DNA of 64,000 nucleotides from Candidatus Thorarchaeota archaeon (GCA_020348985.1 CP070761.1:1521249-1585248), one strand, 5' to 3'. Counted from the first letter of the stretch, positions 30,023-40,734 are shown. Numbers and translations are program-made. Notes: a model not told the origin generated them from the sequence alone.

Positions 30023-31324
30023 CTATTCTGCAACTCCACACCAATCGAGGACAGTGACTGCGATTACCTCTGCGGTCTTTACTATTGATTCTATACTGAC
30101 TCGTTCATCATATGAATGGATGCGCTCAGCCTTGGGACCGAAGGTCACAGCAGGAATCCCGTTGTGGACAAAGAACCTAGTGTCGAGTCCCGCAGCGCCT
30201 CCATAATAAACTGGCGATGCGCAACCGACTCGAACAGCATTCTCGCTCAATAGTAGTACGAAAGGGTGTTCAGGATCTAGTTCATGAGGTCGGGCATTCC
30301 AGCCAAACCACTCCACATGGGGCATATTGTCCTTTAGCCATTCATCTTGCCTAGCAGCTTTCCGAATAGTATCTTCTACTTGTTTTCTTACTTCTTCACG
30401 AGTCTCACCTGGAGGCCAACCAATCCTGCACTCTATCGTGCATGAACCCGGAACAGTGGATGGCCAATCACCAGCCCTAACGGTTCCTACGTTGATTGTG
30501 GTGGCCTTTCCCTTCATTAATGGGTCAGTTTCGGCGTACGGATAATGGATGACACTTTGCCTGTGTTCGTTCAGGCCTTTCAACGCTTGCAGAATCGGAA
30601 GCATCTTCTCTACTGCGTTGACTCCGAAGTGAGCGGTAGCTGCATGGGCTGGGACTCCTGGCACGATGACACGGAAGTACATCACTCCGGCACTTGCTAC
30701 AGTCAGATTGAGAGCAGTCGGTTCCGGTATGATTGCTGCATCGGCCTTCGGTGAGACCATCCTCATATACAGATTTCCTCCCACACCCCCATCCTCTTCC
30801 TCGATAGTTGTCTCAAAGAAGAGGTCTCCCTTCAACTTCGTCTTGGTTTCAGTCAAGGCTTGCAGCAGAATAAGTAGAGCTGCAACACCAGCCTTCATGT
30901 CGCCAGCTCCTCGACCATAAAGCCAGTTGTCAGCAACATCTCCCGACCAGGGATATCGTGACCACTGCTCGGTTGGTTCCGGAGACACAACATCGACGTG
31001 ACCACTCAGACAGATTGAACGTCCCCCGCCAGAGCCCGCAGTTTTCGCTGAAACATTCGGTCTATCTTTGTATCCATTCTTCACAAAGGAGGTCGTTTCG
31101 AAGTAGTCTGCATGTTCCTTCAAAGCCGAGAGGTCTGGATACACGTACTCCGGGTGAAGACCCAATCTCTTCAAGTACTCAAAGACGTGTCCTTGAACCT
31201 CAGACTCATCACCCGATATACTCGGTATTCTTACCAAATCCTGTGTTGTACGAATGAGCAGCTCCTTGTGCTCTCGAATCCACGTCAACACCCTAGTAGC
31301 AGAGGTCTCCTCATTCATTACCAA
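30023..31324 (-). CDS. ArgE/DapE-family (M20) deacylase
   Basis: LSGHVDVV, YGRGAGDMKAG, EEE, IPEPT, IHSYDE. Confidence 0.9.
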   Translation of the reverse strand: MVMNEETSATRVLTWIREHKELLIRTTQDLVRIPSISGDESEVQGHVFEYLKRLGLHPEYVYPDLSALKEHADYFETTSFVKNGYKDRPNVSAKTAGSGGGRSICLSGHVDVVSPEPTEQWSRYPWSGDVADNWLYGRGAGDMKAGVAALLILLQALTETKTKLKGDLFFETTIEEEDGGVGGNLYMRMVSPKADAAIIPEPTALNLTVASAGVMYFRVIVPGVPAHAATAHFGVNAVEKMLPILQALKGLNEHRQSVIHYPYAETDPLMKGKATTINVGTVRAGDWPSTVPGSCTIECRIGWPPGETREEVRKQVEDTIRKAARQDEWLKDNMPHVEWFGWNARPHELDPEHPFVLLLSENAVRVGCASPVYYGGAAGLDTRFFVHNGIPAVTFGPKAERIHSYDERVSIESIVKTAEVIAVTVLDWCGVAE

Positions 31325-31401
31325 TCACCATCATTCTTGAAGCTCGACGAGTGACCCTGCTTCGAGACTCCTGGTTCATCTTCTTGGCTCCTCTCTATTT
31401 T

Positions 31402-33174
31402 TTATGAAGTGTCAATAAGCCGCCGTAAACCTGAACTTATGTCGTCTAGGACCTCTACCAGTCTCGAAATCTCTTCGTCGACTAATCCGAAGATCTTGGA
31501 TCGCTCTGTTTCGAGTTTCGCTAGAGACCCGTGTACATCAATCCAGTCGTAGGGATTATCACTTAGACTCGTGTATCTTGCCACTGTGTCTCTGTCAAGG
31601 TTTGATATTGGCATTCGTCTAATAGAGCTAATGGCTGCATTCAATTCCACATAGTCCCTGATTAGCTCAAGACGAGACATATAGCTGACATCCATTGGTG
31701 GTGGTTTTCGCCACACCCAGCCGATTGTGCGATTGAGGTGCTGGACCGTTGAGACAATGAAGCGATTTACCTCTTCGATTCTGCTCTTATCAGGTAGAAC
31801 GGCCGCTTTCCTAATCATTCTGCTGAATGTGTTCCGTTCTCTGAGTATGCGCTCAATCCTTCTCAGTACCTTTTCAAGACCAAAGGGACTTCGAGGAAGC
31901 TGCCTGTATTCCATTATGATGCTTTCAAACAACTGCAATGGTGTGAAGATGTCATGGGGCAGGATTTCTGCATTTGCAATGTCAAAGATGGATTTCTTCA
32001 TGAACTCAGCATAGAATTCGACGGATGTCCTGTCTAGATTCTCAATATCGTCCTTCTGTGTGTGGTATAGCGGGCTAGGGAAAGACACTCCGTAGATCGT
32101 GGGAACTCCGGATATCTCGAAGAACCAATGATCACTTCCATATGCGGGAGGTCCGTATTGATTCACATCGCGAGGATTCTTGATGGATTCTACCAATCCT
32201 CGAGCGAATTCTTCGAGCTCAAGTGTCGAGACAATGTGATTCTGAGCGTTATATCCAATTGAATCGAGACTAAGAATCACTGCCGCTCTCGATACAATCT
32301 CAGGATTGGCTCTAACATAAGCTCTCGAGCCATTAATCCAATAGTAATATGTTGTACCCCCACACTCTTCTGCACCAAAGAACAGAAATCGAACAGTCCT
32401 CCTCAGTTGCCCCCCATTTTTCACGTACTCGGACATAAGTCTGGCCAACTCGAGGACGATTGCAGCAGGAGCGCCTCCATCTGCGGCGCTATGGAAATAC
32501 GCATCATAGTGAGCACCAATGAATACTTCGTGAGAGGAAAGTTCTTCGCCCTCCAATGAGACCTCAAGGTTTGAAGAAGATGCATTCTCGTCCACTTCGA
32601 CTTCTGTTACGATTTTGATTTCTACCTCTCCTCTCTCCATTAGATTAGATAAGAAATCAGCATCTTCCTTCGATATGCTCAGCAGAGGCAATTTCATCTC
32701 AGGACCAACTTCGGTTACAACGACCTTCCTCAAATTCCCTTCATCAGGTGAAGCGACGAGGACAGCACCAAGTTTTTGCCTCTGAGCTGAAAAGCAGGTG
32801 CGCGCCGGTGATAGGTACAAATGCGGACCCCACGAAGCAAGTCCAACCATGCCCTCTCTCTTCGATGGTTCTTCCTTATCCAAATGATTCAGTCTTACTA
32901 GTTTGGACTCGACATCGATGGAGGGAGAGTATGGAAACAGCGCTGATGTGATCTTCTTTCTGACAGGTGAGACGATTTCAACTGCCACTGATTTTGGGTA
33001 CCACCCATATACTTGGAATGGACTCTCGATTATCTCTTTAAAACCAAAGCTTGTCAATTGCTTCTTGATAAACTGACATGCTTGTTTCTCAGCCTTGGAT
33101 CCAGCTAGGCGATACTCGATTCTGGATAGGCCTTCGATGTACTCAAGGATACGATCAGTCGACACGTTCTCCAA
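31402..33174 (-). CDS. M28 metallopeptidase with PA domain and helical C-terminus (cytoplasmic), paralog A
   Basis: RLAGS, GAHYD, AAD, AEE, SLD, GSDH, YHTQKDD; no signal peptide. Confidence 0.85.
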   Translation of the reverse strand: MENVSTDRILEYIEGLSRIEYRLAGSKAEKQACQFIKKQLTSFGFKEIIESPFQVYGWYPKSVAVEIVSPVRKKITSALFPYSPSIDVESKLVRLNHLDKEEPSKREGMVGLASWGPHLYLSPARTCFSAQRQKLGAVLVASPDEGNLRKVVVTEVGPEMKLPLLSISKEDADFLSNLMERGEVEIKIVTEVEVDENASSSNLEVSLEGEELSSHEVFIGAHYDAYFHSAADGGAPAAIVLELARLMSEYVKNGGQLRRTVRFLFFGAEECGGTTYYYWINGSRAYVRANPEIVSRAAVILSLDSIGYNAQNHIVSTLELEEFARGLVESIKNPRDVNQYGPPAYGSDHWFFEISGVPTIYGVSFPSPLYHTQKDDIENLDRTSVEFYAEFMKKSIFDIANAEILPHDIFTPLQLFESIIMEYRQLPRSPFGLEKVLRRIERILRERNTFSRMIRKAAVLPDKSRIEEVNRFIVSTVQHLNRTIGWVWRKPPPMDVSYMSRLELIRDYVELNAAISSIRRMPISNLDRDTVARYTSLSDNPYDWIDVHGSLAKLETERSKIFGLVDEEISRLVEVLDDISSGLRRLIDTS

Positions 33175-33183
33175 TTCTCAGCC

Positions 33184-34488
33184 TCACAGTTTCTTGATGC
33201 CGGCTTCAAGGAGTGCAAAAACTTGCTGTGCCTGATCATCTGAGATGCACAACGGCGGTTGGATTCTTAGTACGTTTTTGTGGACGCCTCCGGTTCCAAC
33301 TAAAACCCCTTCGCCAAACATGTGCTCTGCAAGCGCCTGAGTCTCATCAACTGCCGGTTCTTTGGTTCCTTTGTCTTTAACAAATTCAATGCCAATCATT
33401 AGGCCCAACCCCCGGGCATCGCCCACAATCTCATACTTGTCAATCAATTCCTTCGATGACCGAAGAATCAAATCTCCAACCTTCTTCGAGTTATCTATCA
33501 GGCCCTCTTCTTGGAGGTAGTTGATATTCTCCAATGCTACCGCGCAGCAGACGGGGTTTCCTCCAAAGGTCGAGAAATGATCACCTGACTGAAGACATTG
33601 TACTATCTCATCAGTGTATATTGCTCCTCCAATGGGCATTCCTCCTCCCAATCCTTTCGCCATGGTCATAATATCCGCCTGGATGTCCCAGAGCTCATGA
33701 GCGAACATTGAACCGCATCGACCGAATCCAGTCTGCACTTCGTCAGTGATGTACAGAATTTCATGGTCTGCACATATTTGTCGGACCTTTGGATGGTAGC
33801 CTTCTGGAGGAACGATGATACCACCTTCTCCCATTACAGGTTCTACTATCATGGCAGCAACGTCGCCGGTTGTGTGGTATTTGATAACATCTTTCACTCT
33901 CCGGGCACATTCGAGTCCGCAATCTGGATATTGAAGAGGGCATCTGTAGCAATAAGGTGCGGGCGCGTGAAATACTCCTGGATAGATGGCAAAACTCCCA
34001 AAGCCCACCTTGTATTTTGCTTGACCTGTCAAGGTAAGAGAGAGTCCCAACCTACCGTGGAATGAACCTTCCAGCGCTATGACACCTGATCCTGCCTTTC
34101 CTTTCCAAACTGAATACTTCTTGGCTAGCTTCACGGCTGCCTCCACTGCCTCAGCGCCGCTGTTGCAGAAGAATACCTTTCTGAGATGCTTTGGAGAGAT
34201 TGAGGCTAGTTTCTCCGCTAGTAGCGTCTGTGGAACACTATAGTATAAGCCTGAACAATGAATGAGCTTTCCAAGCTGCTCAGCACCTGCCTCAACAAGA
34301 CGCTGAGGTGAGTGTCCTGCATTAGTTACACTAATCCCACTTAGACAATCTATGTACTCCTTCCCTTCTACATCCTTCAGAATGGCACCAGTGCCCTCTT
34401 GGATGACAACTGGTTTCCTCTTGTAAACAGCGGCCAAGTATTCGTTATCTTTAATCATAATTTCTTTCGAGCTTACCAAAGCTGACAA
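33184..34488 (-). CDS. Class III PLP aminotransferase (acetylornithine/4-aminobutyrate family)
   Basis: NSGAEAVEAAVK, SFHGR, EPVMGEGG, DEVQTGFGR, MAKGLGGG, STFGGNP. Confidence 0.92.
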   Translation of the reverse strand: MSALVSSKEIMIKDNEYLAAVYKRKPVVIQEGTGAILKDVEGKEYIDCLSGISVTNAGHSPQRLVEAGAEQLGKLIHCSGLYYSVPQTLLAEKLASISPKHLRKVFFCNSGAEAVEAAVKLAKKYSVWKGKAGSGVIALEGSFHGRLGLSLTLTGQAKYKVGFGSFAIYPGVFHAPAPYCYRCPLQYPDCGLECARRVKDVIKYHTTGDVAAMIVEPVMGEGGIIVPPEGYHPKVRQICADHEILYITDEVQTGFGRCGSMFAHELWDIQADIMTMAKGLGGGMPIGGAIYTDEIVQCLQSGDHFSTFGGNPVCCAVALENINYLQEEGLIDNSKKVGDLILRSSKELIDKYEIVGDARGLGLMIGIEFVKDKGTKEPAVDETQALAEHMFGEGVLVGTGGVHKNVLRIQPPLCISDDQAQQVFALLEAGIKKL

Positions 34489-34547
34489 CTCCCTTTCTAT
34501 CAGTAGAGAATCAAGCTCAGTTCTCTAGAGCAACAGGGATGGCAGTA

Positions 34548-34594
34548 TGAACAATGATAAGAAAGGTCCCAACATACATGTTCAATCTTGAACA
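34548..34594 (-). promoter_or_regulatory. 47-bp regulon element, copy A (before aminotransferase-M28A-deacylase unit)
   Basis: Minus strand: TGTTCA AGAT TGAACA TGTA TGTTGG GACCTTTCTTATCAT TGTTCA. Confidence 0.8.
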
Positions 34595-34744
34595 CGCGAT
34601 GATTGGGACATTCCTCGAAATCGAGTTTTGTGTTGGCTGAGTCAGTCATATCATTGCTCCATTCGTCCAAGGCGGCTCCTTCATTGAAACCCGTACCACA
34701 GAAGACATGTCTATGAGACCTGCCTGAAGGAAGCGCGTGTCTAT

Positions 34745-34791
34745 TGTTCAGCGTTGAACATGTATGTTGGGACCCTTCATATCATTGTTCA
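34745..34791 (+). promoter_or_regulatory. 47-bp regulon element, copy B (before M28 paralog B)
   Basis: TGTTCA GCGT TGAACA TGTA TGTTGG GACCCTTCATATCAT TGTTCA; 42/47 identical to copy A, inverted. Confidence 0.8.
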
Positions 34792-34848
34792 CACCCTGTT
34801 GGATTTGCTCTACAGATCACGCGTTGAATTCTGAGGCAATGGTCGGCT

Positions 34849-36657
34849 TTGGAGATTGGTCTGATGAATGTTGAGAAGACTTCGATTGACGAAATCCGCA
34901 AAACGGTCGAATATCTCTGCGACCTCGGTCAGAAGGTTGCTGGCACTGAACCTGAAGTTCAGGCCGCTAATTATCTGCACGAGCGTTTGAGGGAATTTGG
35001 GTTTACACATGTAGAGATGCAGTCATTCGATGTTCATGGTTGGTATCCTCTTTCCTCCTCTGTAAGAATCACTCAACCAATCCAAAAGGAGATTGAATCT
35101 GCTCTGTTCCCACACTGCAAGTCTGAGGAAGTAGAGGGACGTCTTGTGGCTTTCAAGAAGGATGCTGATCCCACATTGTCTCGAAAAGGACTCATTGCCT
35201 ACTCGGAGTGGGGGCCAGATCCATACCTCAGCCCAAGAAGGACTTACTACCATGCAGTGAGACAAGGATATGACGGTCTCATTGTTGCTGCTCCTGATAA
35301 GGGTGACTTTCTCAAGGTTGTTGTACTTGCGATTGGAGGGCTGCTTGAGATACCCGTAGTCTGTATCACAAAAGAAGAAGGTGATTCTCTTTCATCTCTC
35401 ATTGAATCGGAAGAAGTCTCTGTGAACATCAAGACAGAAATCGAGACTTCAGACCAATCGCAGTCCTACAATGTAATGGCAACCCTGGAGGGTGATGGAA
35501 CAGCTGAGCATGAGGTTATAGTGGGTGCACACTACGACTCCTGGTTCCAGGGAGCAGGCGACAATTGCGCTCCTGCTGCCACAGTTCTTGAATTGGCCCG
35601 GCTATTTGGCAGACAGGCTCAGGCAGGAAGACCTCCTAGGAGAACAATCAGGTTTCTATTCTACGGCGCCGAAGAGAGCGGCACGAATGATTTCTACTTC
35701 TGGCTTAATGGGTCAAAGGCGTTTGTCAAAAGCAACCCAGAAATAGTTGCGAGGACTGCTGCTGTTCTCAGCTTGGACTCAACAGGATACACCAGCCCTG
35801 CTAAGGATTACATATACGCCACAGCCGATGTCTTTGAGTTCGCCAAATCCATTCAAGTTGAGCTTGAGCCGACTCTTGAGTTCCAGTACTTAGACCCTCC
35901 AAGTTATGGTAGCGATCATTGGTTCTTTGAACTATCGGGAATCCCTACGATCTATGGCGTGGCATTTCCAAGCCCCCTCTATCACACGCAAAAGGATGAC
36001 CCTGACCACCTTGATTTTCATGCAGTGCACTACTATGCCGAATACATGAAAGAGGCATTGTCATATCTATCTGAAGTTGAACTGCTTCCTATTGACATCT
36101 TCTTACCGTTAAAGAGGTTCGAGCAAATCTTCAAGAAGTATCAGAAGCTGGACGAGAATCCGTTTGACTTCAGTCCAATCCTGGCCAAATTGAGGGTTCT
36201 GATGAAACAGGAATCGAGTACAAGGAGACTTCTCAAAGCTGCATCCAAATCAAGTAATCCTGATACCATCTCGGAACTCAACCAGTTCCTGCTCCGGACA
36301 GCCAACAAGTACAATCAGACTATCGGCTGGATAACACGTCCTCACGAGACCTATGCTTCTAACTACTTGTGCCGACTGGAGATGATAGAAGATATCATCC
36401 ATCTCACAAACTCGGTCAAGAACCTACGCAATATACCCATCTCCAATTTCATGTCAGAAAGAGCAGCACTTTACGATAGCCAATCTGACAATGCTTACAA
36501 CTGGATCCGTATTCACGAGCCTCTTGCGAGAATAGAAGAAGAATGCACTAGGATTCGAAGGGAGATAGAAGAAGAGCTGAAGATGCTCTCATCGATGATT
36601 GACAGCATTTCTGAAGACATTGCAGGATTGACTGAAGAACAGGTATCTAGTCACTGA
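34849..36657 (+). CDS. M28 metallopeptidase with PA domain, paralog B
   Basis: GAHYD, GAGDN, AEE, SLD, YGSDHWFFE, YHTQKDD; co-linear with paralog A; alternative start ATG 34864. Confidence 0.85.
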   Translation: MEIGLMNVEKTSIDEIRKTVEYLCDLGQKVAGTEPEVQAANYLHERLREFGFTHVEMQSFDVHGWYPLSSSVRITQPIQKEIESALFPHCKSEEVEGRLVAFKKDADPTLSRKGLIAYSEWGPDPYLSPRRTYYHAVRQGYDGLIVAAPDKGDFLKVVVLAIGGLLEIPVVCITKEEGDSLSSLIESEEVSVNIKTEIETSDQSQSYNVMATLEGDGTAEHEVIVGAHYDSWFQGAGDNCAPAATVLELARLFGRQAQAGRPPRRTIRFLFYGAEESGTNDFYFWLNGSKAFVKSNPEIVARTAAVLSLDSTGYTSPAKDYIYATADVFEFAKSIQVELEPTLEFQYLDPPSYGSDHWFFELSGIPTIYGVAFPSPLYHTQKDDPDHLDFHAVHYYAEYMKEALSYLSEVELLPIDIFLPLKRFEQIFKKYQKLDENPFDFSPILAKLRVLMKQESSTRRLLKAASKSSNPDTISELNQFLLRTANKYNQTIGWITRPHETYASNYLCRLEMIEDIIHLTNSVKNLRNIPISNFMSERAALYDSQSDNAYNWIRIHEPLARIEEECTRIRREIEEELKMLSSMIDSISEDIAGLTEEQVSSH

Positions 36658-36677
36658 GAATGAACAATCGAAAGGAA

Positions 36678-36724
36678 TGTTCATTCGTGTACACTGTTGT
36701 TGGGACTCTTATTATGGGTGTTCA
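36678..36724 (+). promoter_or_regulatory. 47-bp regulon element, copy C (before C-N hydrolase)
   Basis: TGTTCA TTCG TGTACA CTGT TGTTGG GACTCTTATTATGGG TGTTCA; extra TGAACA at 36661. Confidence 0.78.
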
Positions 36725-36776
36725 TTCGCGATAAATCATGTAGGACTCGAACTCAGTAACTACAGATTTATGGTAG

Positions 36777-37679
36777 GTGAATCCAAGAATGGAAAGACGT
36801 CTGGGAGTAGCGGGACTCCAGCTTGAGAAAGATCCGTTTGATAGTGACATCAACTTCAAGAAACTGGAGTACATAACTCGGAAGGTCAAGTCTACATTTC
36901 CTTGGGTTGATTTGGTCTTTACTGGAGAACTATACCTCCAGCAATATGGAAGCAGCGATTGGAAAGAGTTTGCTCAACCAATCCCGAATGACATGACAGA
37001 CAGACTGTCTGAAATTGCTCGAGACAACGAGTGCTGGTTTGTACCAGGTTCTTTTTTGGAGAAGGAGAGTGACAAGATATTCAATACCGCACTCGTCTAT
37101 GATCCAAATGGAGACATAGTAGCCAAGTATAGAAAGCTCTATCCTTGGATGCCTTTTGAGGACACAAGTTATGGCACTAGCTTTGTTACATTCGACATTC
37201 CAGGTGTAACGAGGATTGGGATTGTCATATGCTATGATTTGTGGTTTCCTGAGGTTTTCAGGACACTAGCCTGGATGGGTGCCGAGGTAATATTGCAGCC
37301 ATCCGCTACCTATACGCCAGACCGCGCAGCGGAGCTCGTTTTGACTCCAGCTCAGGCAATCATGCATCAATGCTATGTTCTAAACTCGAACGTAATCAGT
37401 GCCATGGGGGGAGGTCTATCTATCTTTGCGGACCCCGAAGGCCGAATCCTACAACAAGTTGGCACACATGAGGAGATTATGACAGAGGTCATCGACTTGG
37501 ATAGGGTTGATTGGATTCGTCAGAATGGATCGTTTGGGATAACTCCCGTGTGGAAGAGCCTAAGAGATTCTCCACTCAGAATGAAGTATCCAGTTTACGA
37601 ACGCTTTGAAGAAGGTGCGATACTCAAGAAGCTAGGGGAAATGAAGGTGCAGAAAAGCATCCGTGAATGGACGGACTAG
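36777..37679 (+). CDS. Carbon-nitrogen hydrolase (nitrilase/amidase superfamily)
   Basis: Catalytic E-K-C triad: FTGEL, YRKLYPW, ICYDLWFPE. Confidence 0.9.
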   Translation: MNPRMERRLGVAGLQLEKDPFDSDINFKKLEYITRKVKSTFPWVDLVFTGELYLQQYGSSDWKEFAQPIPNDMTDRLSEIARDNECWFVPGSFLEKESDKIFNTALVYDPNGDIVAKYRKLYPWMPFEDTSYGTSFVTFDIPGVTRIGIVICYDLWFPEVFRTLAWMGAEVILQPSATYTPDRAAELVLTPAQAIMHQCYVLNSNVISAMGGGLSIFADPEGRILQQVGTHEEIMTEVIDLDRVDWIRQNGSFGITPVWKSLRDSPLRMKYPVYERFEEGAILKKLGEMKVQKSIREWTD

Positions 37680-38707
37680 ATATCATGAGAAACCCCACTC
37701 AGCAATTCTCTACACCTCTTGGAGTATTGTTCACATTGATTCTAATTCTAATGATTCTTGTATTTCCGCAGCCCAGCACAGGTCAATCTGACCAGAGTGA
37801 CTTGACTGGTATTCAGGTGGCGTTGTATACAGGGGGTCCAACAAGTGAATCCAGCCGCGAATCTCTTTCCAGAATGTTCTCATGGATGAACGCAAGTGTC
37901 ACTGTTCTTTCAGGAAGCGCGATAAGGGAAGGTGAACTCGAGAATTTTGATCTAGTTGTCATTCCTGGAGGATATGCACCTGACTTTATAGACGACATAG
38001 GTGCACGAGGGCTTGACAAGATCAGAGATTTCACTAGTAATGGAGGATCTTTCATCGGAGTATGTGCAGGTGCATACTTCGCTTCAGATTACATAATATG
38101 GCAAGGTATACCGACCGAGTATCGACTAGACCTGTTTGATGGTGCTGCTGTTGGTGCCATTGATCAAATCGCCCCTTGGCCAAACTTCCAGATGTGTACA
38201 ATAAGCATCAACCGCAATTCAATTCGGATTGACCTCTCTTCAGAACCGGCTAACCACACGATCATGTATTTCGGGGGCCCTTATTTCCTGCCAAGTGACC
38301 CCAGTGAAATCGAGATTCTGGCAACTTATGATATCAATGATGAAGCAGCCATGATATCTTTCGAGTATGGTCAAGGTAGAGTGTTTCTATCAGGTCCTCA
38401 TCCTGAATGGGAAGAAGATTCAGACCGAGACAATGCTAGTTGGCCTGATGATTTTGACGACAATGGCTCTGAGTGGAACCTAATGCTTAGCGTGTCACTC
38501 TGGCTAACAGAGAATGTGAACAAACCAAGCATTACCGAATTTCAACTGCCACACCTAGTTGGAGTGGCTTTCTTGGTCGTGGGAGCCATCGGCACTGTCG
38601 CCATATTCATACATGTGTTGAGGAATCGTGTCGACTATAGGAATAAATTCTATCAAAGAGGTCCAGAAACGGCAGATTTGCTGATGTTCACCTTTGTCCA
38701 CTCATGA
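37667..38707 (+). CDS. Exported, membrane-anchored class I glutamine amidotransferase-like (BPL_N-type) hydrolase
   Basis: Signal-like N-terminus, VIPGG, GVCAGAY nucleophile elbow, GPHPE, C-terminal TM; likely start ATG 37685. Confidence 0.75.
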   Translation: MDGLDIMRNPTQQFSTPLGVLFTLILILMILVFPQPSTGQSDQSDLTGIQVALYTGGPTSESSRESLSRMFSWMNASVTVLSGSAIREGELENFDLVVIPGGYAPDFIDDIGARGLDKIRDFTSNGGSFIGVCAGAYFASDYIIWQGIPTEYRLDLFDGAAVGAIDQIAPWPNFQMCTISINRNSIRIDLSSEPANHTIMYFGGPYFLPSDPSEIEILATYDINDEAAMISFEYGQGRVFLSGPHPEWEEDSDRDNASWPDDFDDNGSEWNLMLSVSLWLTENVNKPSITEFQLPHLVGVAFLVVGAIGTVAIFIHVLRNRVDYRNKFYQRGPETADLLMFTFVHS

Positions 38708-38741
38708 ACAAAGATGTTGGTCGCATTTTAATCGTTGTACA
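38695..38741 (+). promoter_or_regulatory. 47-bp regulon element, copy D (before ABC transporter)
   Basis: TGTCCA CTCA TGAACA AAGA TGTTGG TCGCATTTTAATCGT TGTACA; extra in-phase TGTTCA at 38685. Confidence 0.72.
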
Positions 38742-38771
38742 TTCATATTATGGTCCAATCCACCGTAGGAT

Positions 38772-40715
38772 GTGATACAAGTGAGAAGACCGAATAACAT
38801 CATCCCGTTCCTTCTCATTGGTCTCTTCTTGGTGTCTATGGTTGCATTTGCGCCTGAAGCCTTTGCGCAAGACGACGGCGAGGACGCCGACGTCAGCATT
38901 GTCGTAGGTATGTTCGAGCAACCGGACTTCTTGGGACCAATGATGGCAGGCACCATAGCCGCCTGGGAGTTTCTCAACTGGATGTATGACCCCCTAGTCC
39001 GCTGGGGAGACGACTGGACTATAAAACCAGGACTGGCTGAGAGCTGGGAATGGGCTGACAACGGTACGCAATTGACATTGCATCTTGTGCAGAATGCAAC
39101 ATGGCATGATGGCACTCCCTTCACTTCAGCTGACGTCAACTTCACACTCTTTACTTGGACCTGGCTAGGTTGGTGGGTTGCGCAAACTCCGCGCATCGAC
39201 CACAGGAATATCAAGACCCCTGATGACCACACAGTCATTCTTAATTTTGTTGAGAGTGGCTATGAGAACATCTATGCGTGGTCTCCGGTGTCTCCATTCT
39301 TCTACTATCGTGAGAGCTACGACGGGACTCCCGTGGAGGTTAACCAGGAGTGTTTCCTCACAGGTCTGACATATGTCCCAATCATACCCAAGCATGAATG
39401 GGATCCCCTCATGTGGCATCACCCTGTTTGGGGACTGGAAGGTTCTGGATATGGTGTTACTCTAGAGAATGGCACCTGGGTATACTATGGATACTGGGAC
39501 TATCTCAATTGGGATGGAATCTCTTGGGGCACAATTCTACCTCCATATAACAGATCTGATATCGGAACTGGTCCATTCATCCTGAAGGAATACGAGGTGG
39601 GCGAATACGCGTATTTCGAGGGTAATGATGACTATCACTGGGGTGCACCTAATATCGACAACTTGACCGTCCTATTCTACACCTCAATCGAAACCATGAC
39701 ACAGGCCGTCAAGGCGGGTGAAATTGATTTCTGTGAGACCACCGCCAATTTCCTTGAGACTGGAGAATTTGGCCCTGAAGTGACTGTCAACGAGCAAAGC
39801 TCACTAGGCTGGGAAGCCTTGTTGATCAATCAGGATTGGATATACGCCAATACTAGTGATGCGTTTGCATTGAGGGAACCTGCAGTCAAGGTGGCAATCA
39901 ATCAAGCAGTCAACAAGTCGAACATAGCCAACATCGCTTATCTCGGACATGCCGTGCCTGCGGACTCTGTGATTCACAGTAAGCTGTATAAATGGTTCAA
40001 TGATGAGCTTGTGACACGCGATGTTGGAATCAGCGAGGCAGAAGCCACTCTCGAGGCTGATGGATGGACTCTGAACACTGAAGGAGTCTATGAAAAGACG
40101 CTAAACGGATCTGTGAAGACACTTGAGTTTACTCTCAAATTCATCACAGGCTCTCCGATTGATCTTAGCATAGCACAGCTAATTGAGGCTAACCTCGAAG
40201 ATGCCGGCTTTGACATAACGCTTCAGGCATTGGACGTCTCTACCTTCACAGCAGACCTATTCGCGTACTCCTTTGACCTAGCGATCTCGTTCTGGTCTCA
40301 AATCGGAGATCCGAACAGCATGGCACAATACATGACTTCAACCAGCTGGATCAACCCGACTGGACTTAACATCCCGAGAGTCGATGAAATCTTCTATGAG
40401 CAGCAGCTCGCTACGGACCTCTTCGAAAGACAGGATCTCATTAATGAGATGCAGCAACTTGTCTATGATGAAGCCAGCATTTGTGTCCTTGTTGAATATG
40501 ATGACATTGAACTCTACAGAAATGACCGATTTGTGTTCACACACACAGATTGGTTGAGCGGCATCCTGTCCATGTGGAACTGGGAATCCTGGCTTGGAGC
40601 CGAGCAAGTAGCACCGCCATCATTTCCAATTTCGATGGAGCTGGCAATTATCGCTGGGGCAGGAGTCATCGTTGTAGTGGTGCTCTTCGTGGTTTGGAGG
40701 TCGAAGAAGGGATAG
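38772..40715 (+). CDS. ABC transporter substrate-binding protein, family 5 (peptide/nickel type)
   Basis: Signal peptide, YDPLV, PGLAESWE, WHDGTPFTSADV, IGTGPF, C-terminal TM anchor. Confidence 0.92.
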   Translation: MIQVRRPNNIIPFLLIGLFLVSMVAFAPEAFAQDDGEDADVSIVVGMFEQPDFLGPMMAGTIAAWEFLNWMYDPLVRWGDDWTIKPGLAESWEWADNGTQLTLHLVQNATWHDGTPFTSADVNFTLFTWTWLGWWVAQTPRIDHRNIKTPDDHTVILNFVESGYENIYAWSPVSPFFYYRESYDGTPVEVNQECFLTGLTYVPIIPKHEWDPLMWHHPVWGLEGSGYGVTLENGTWVYYGYWDYLNWDGISWGTILPPYNRSDIGTGPFILKEYEVGEYAYFEGNDDYHWGAPNIDNLTVLFYTSIETMTQAVKAGEIDFCETTANFLETGEFGPEVTVNEQSSLGWEALLINQDWIYANTSDAFALREPAVKVAINQAVNKSNIANIAYLGHAVPADSVIHSKLYKWFNDELVTRDVGISEAEATLEADGWTLNTEGVYEKTLNGSVKTLEFTLKFITGSPIDLSIAQLIEANLEDAGFDITLQALDVSTFTADLFAYSFDLAISFWSQIGDPNSMAQYMTSTSWINPTGLNIPRVDEIFYEQQLATDLFERQDLINEMQQLVYDEASICVLVEYDDIELYRNDRFVFTHTDWLSGILSMWNWESWLGAEQVAPPSFPISMELAIIAGAGVIVVVVLFVVWRSKKG

Positions 40716-40734
40716 CAGTCTAAACAGCAGAAGA

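Noticed and set aside
34548-34791. 47-bp inverted repeats as MITE/IS ends or an invertible switch
   Set aside because: The same element recurs singly before other genes, and there is no transposase/recombinase or evident target-site duplication. Divergent promoters explain it better.
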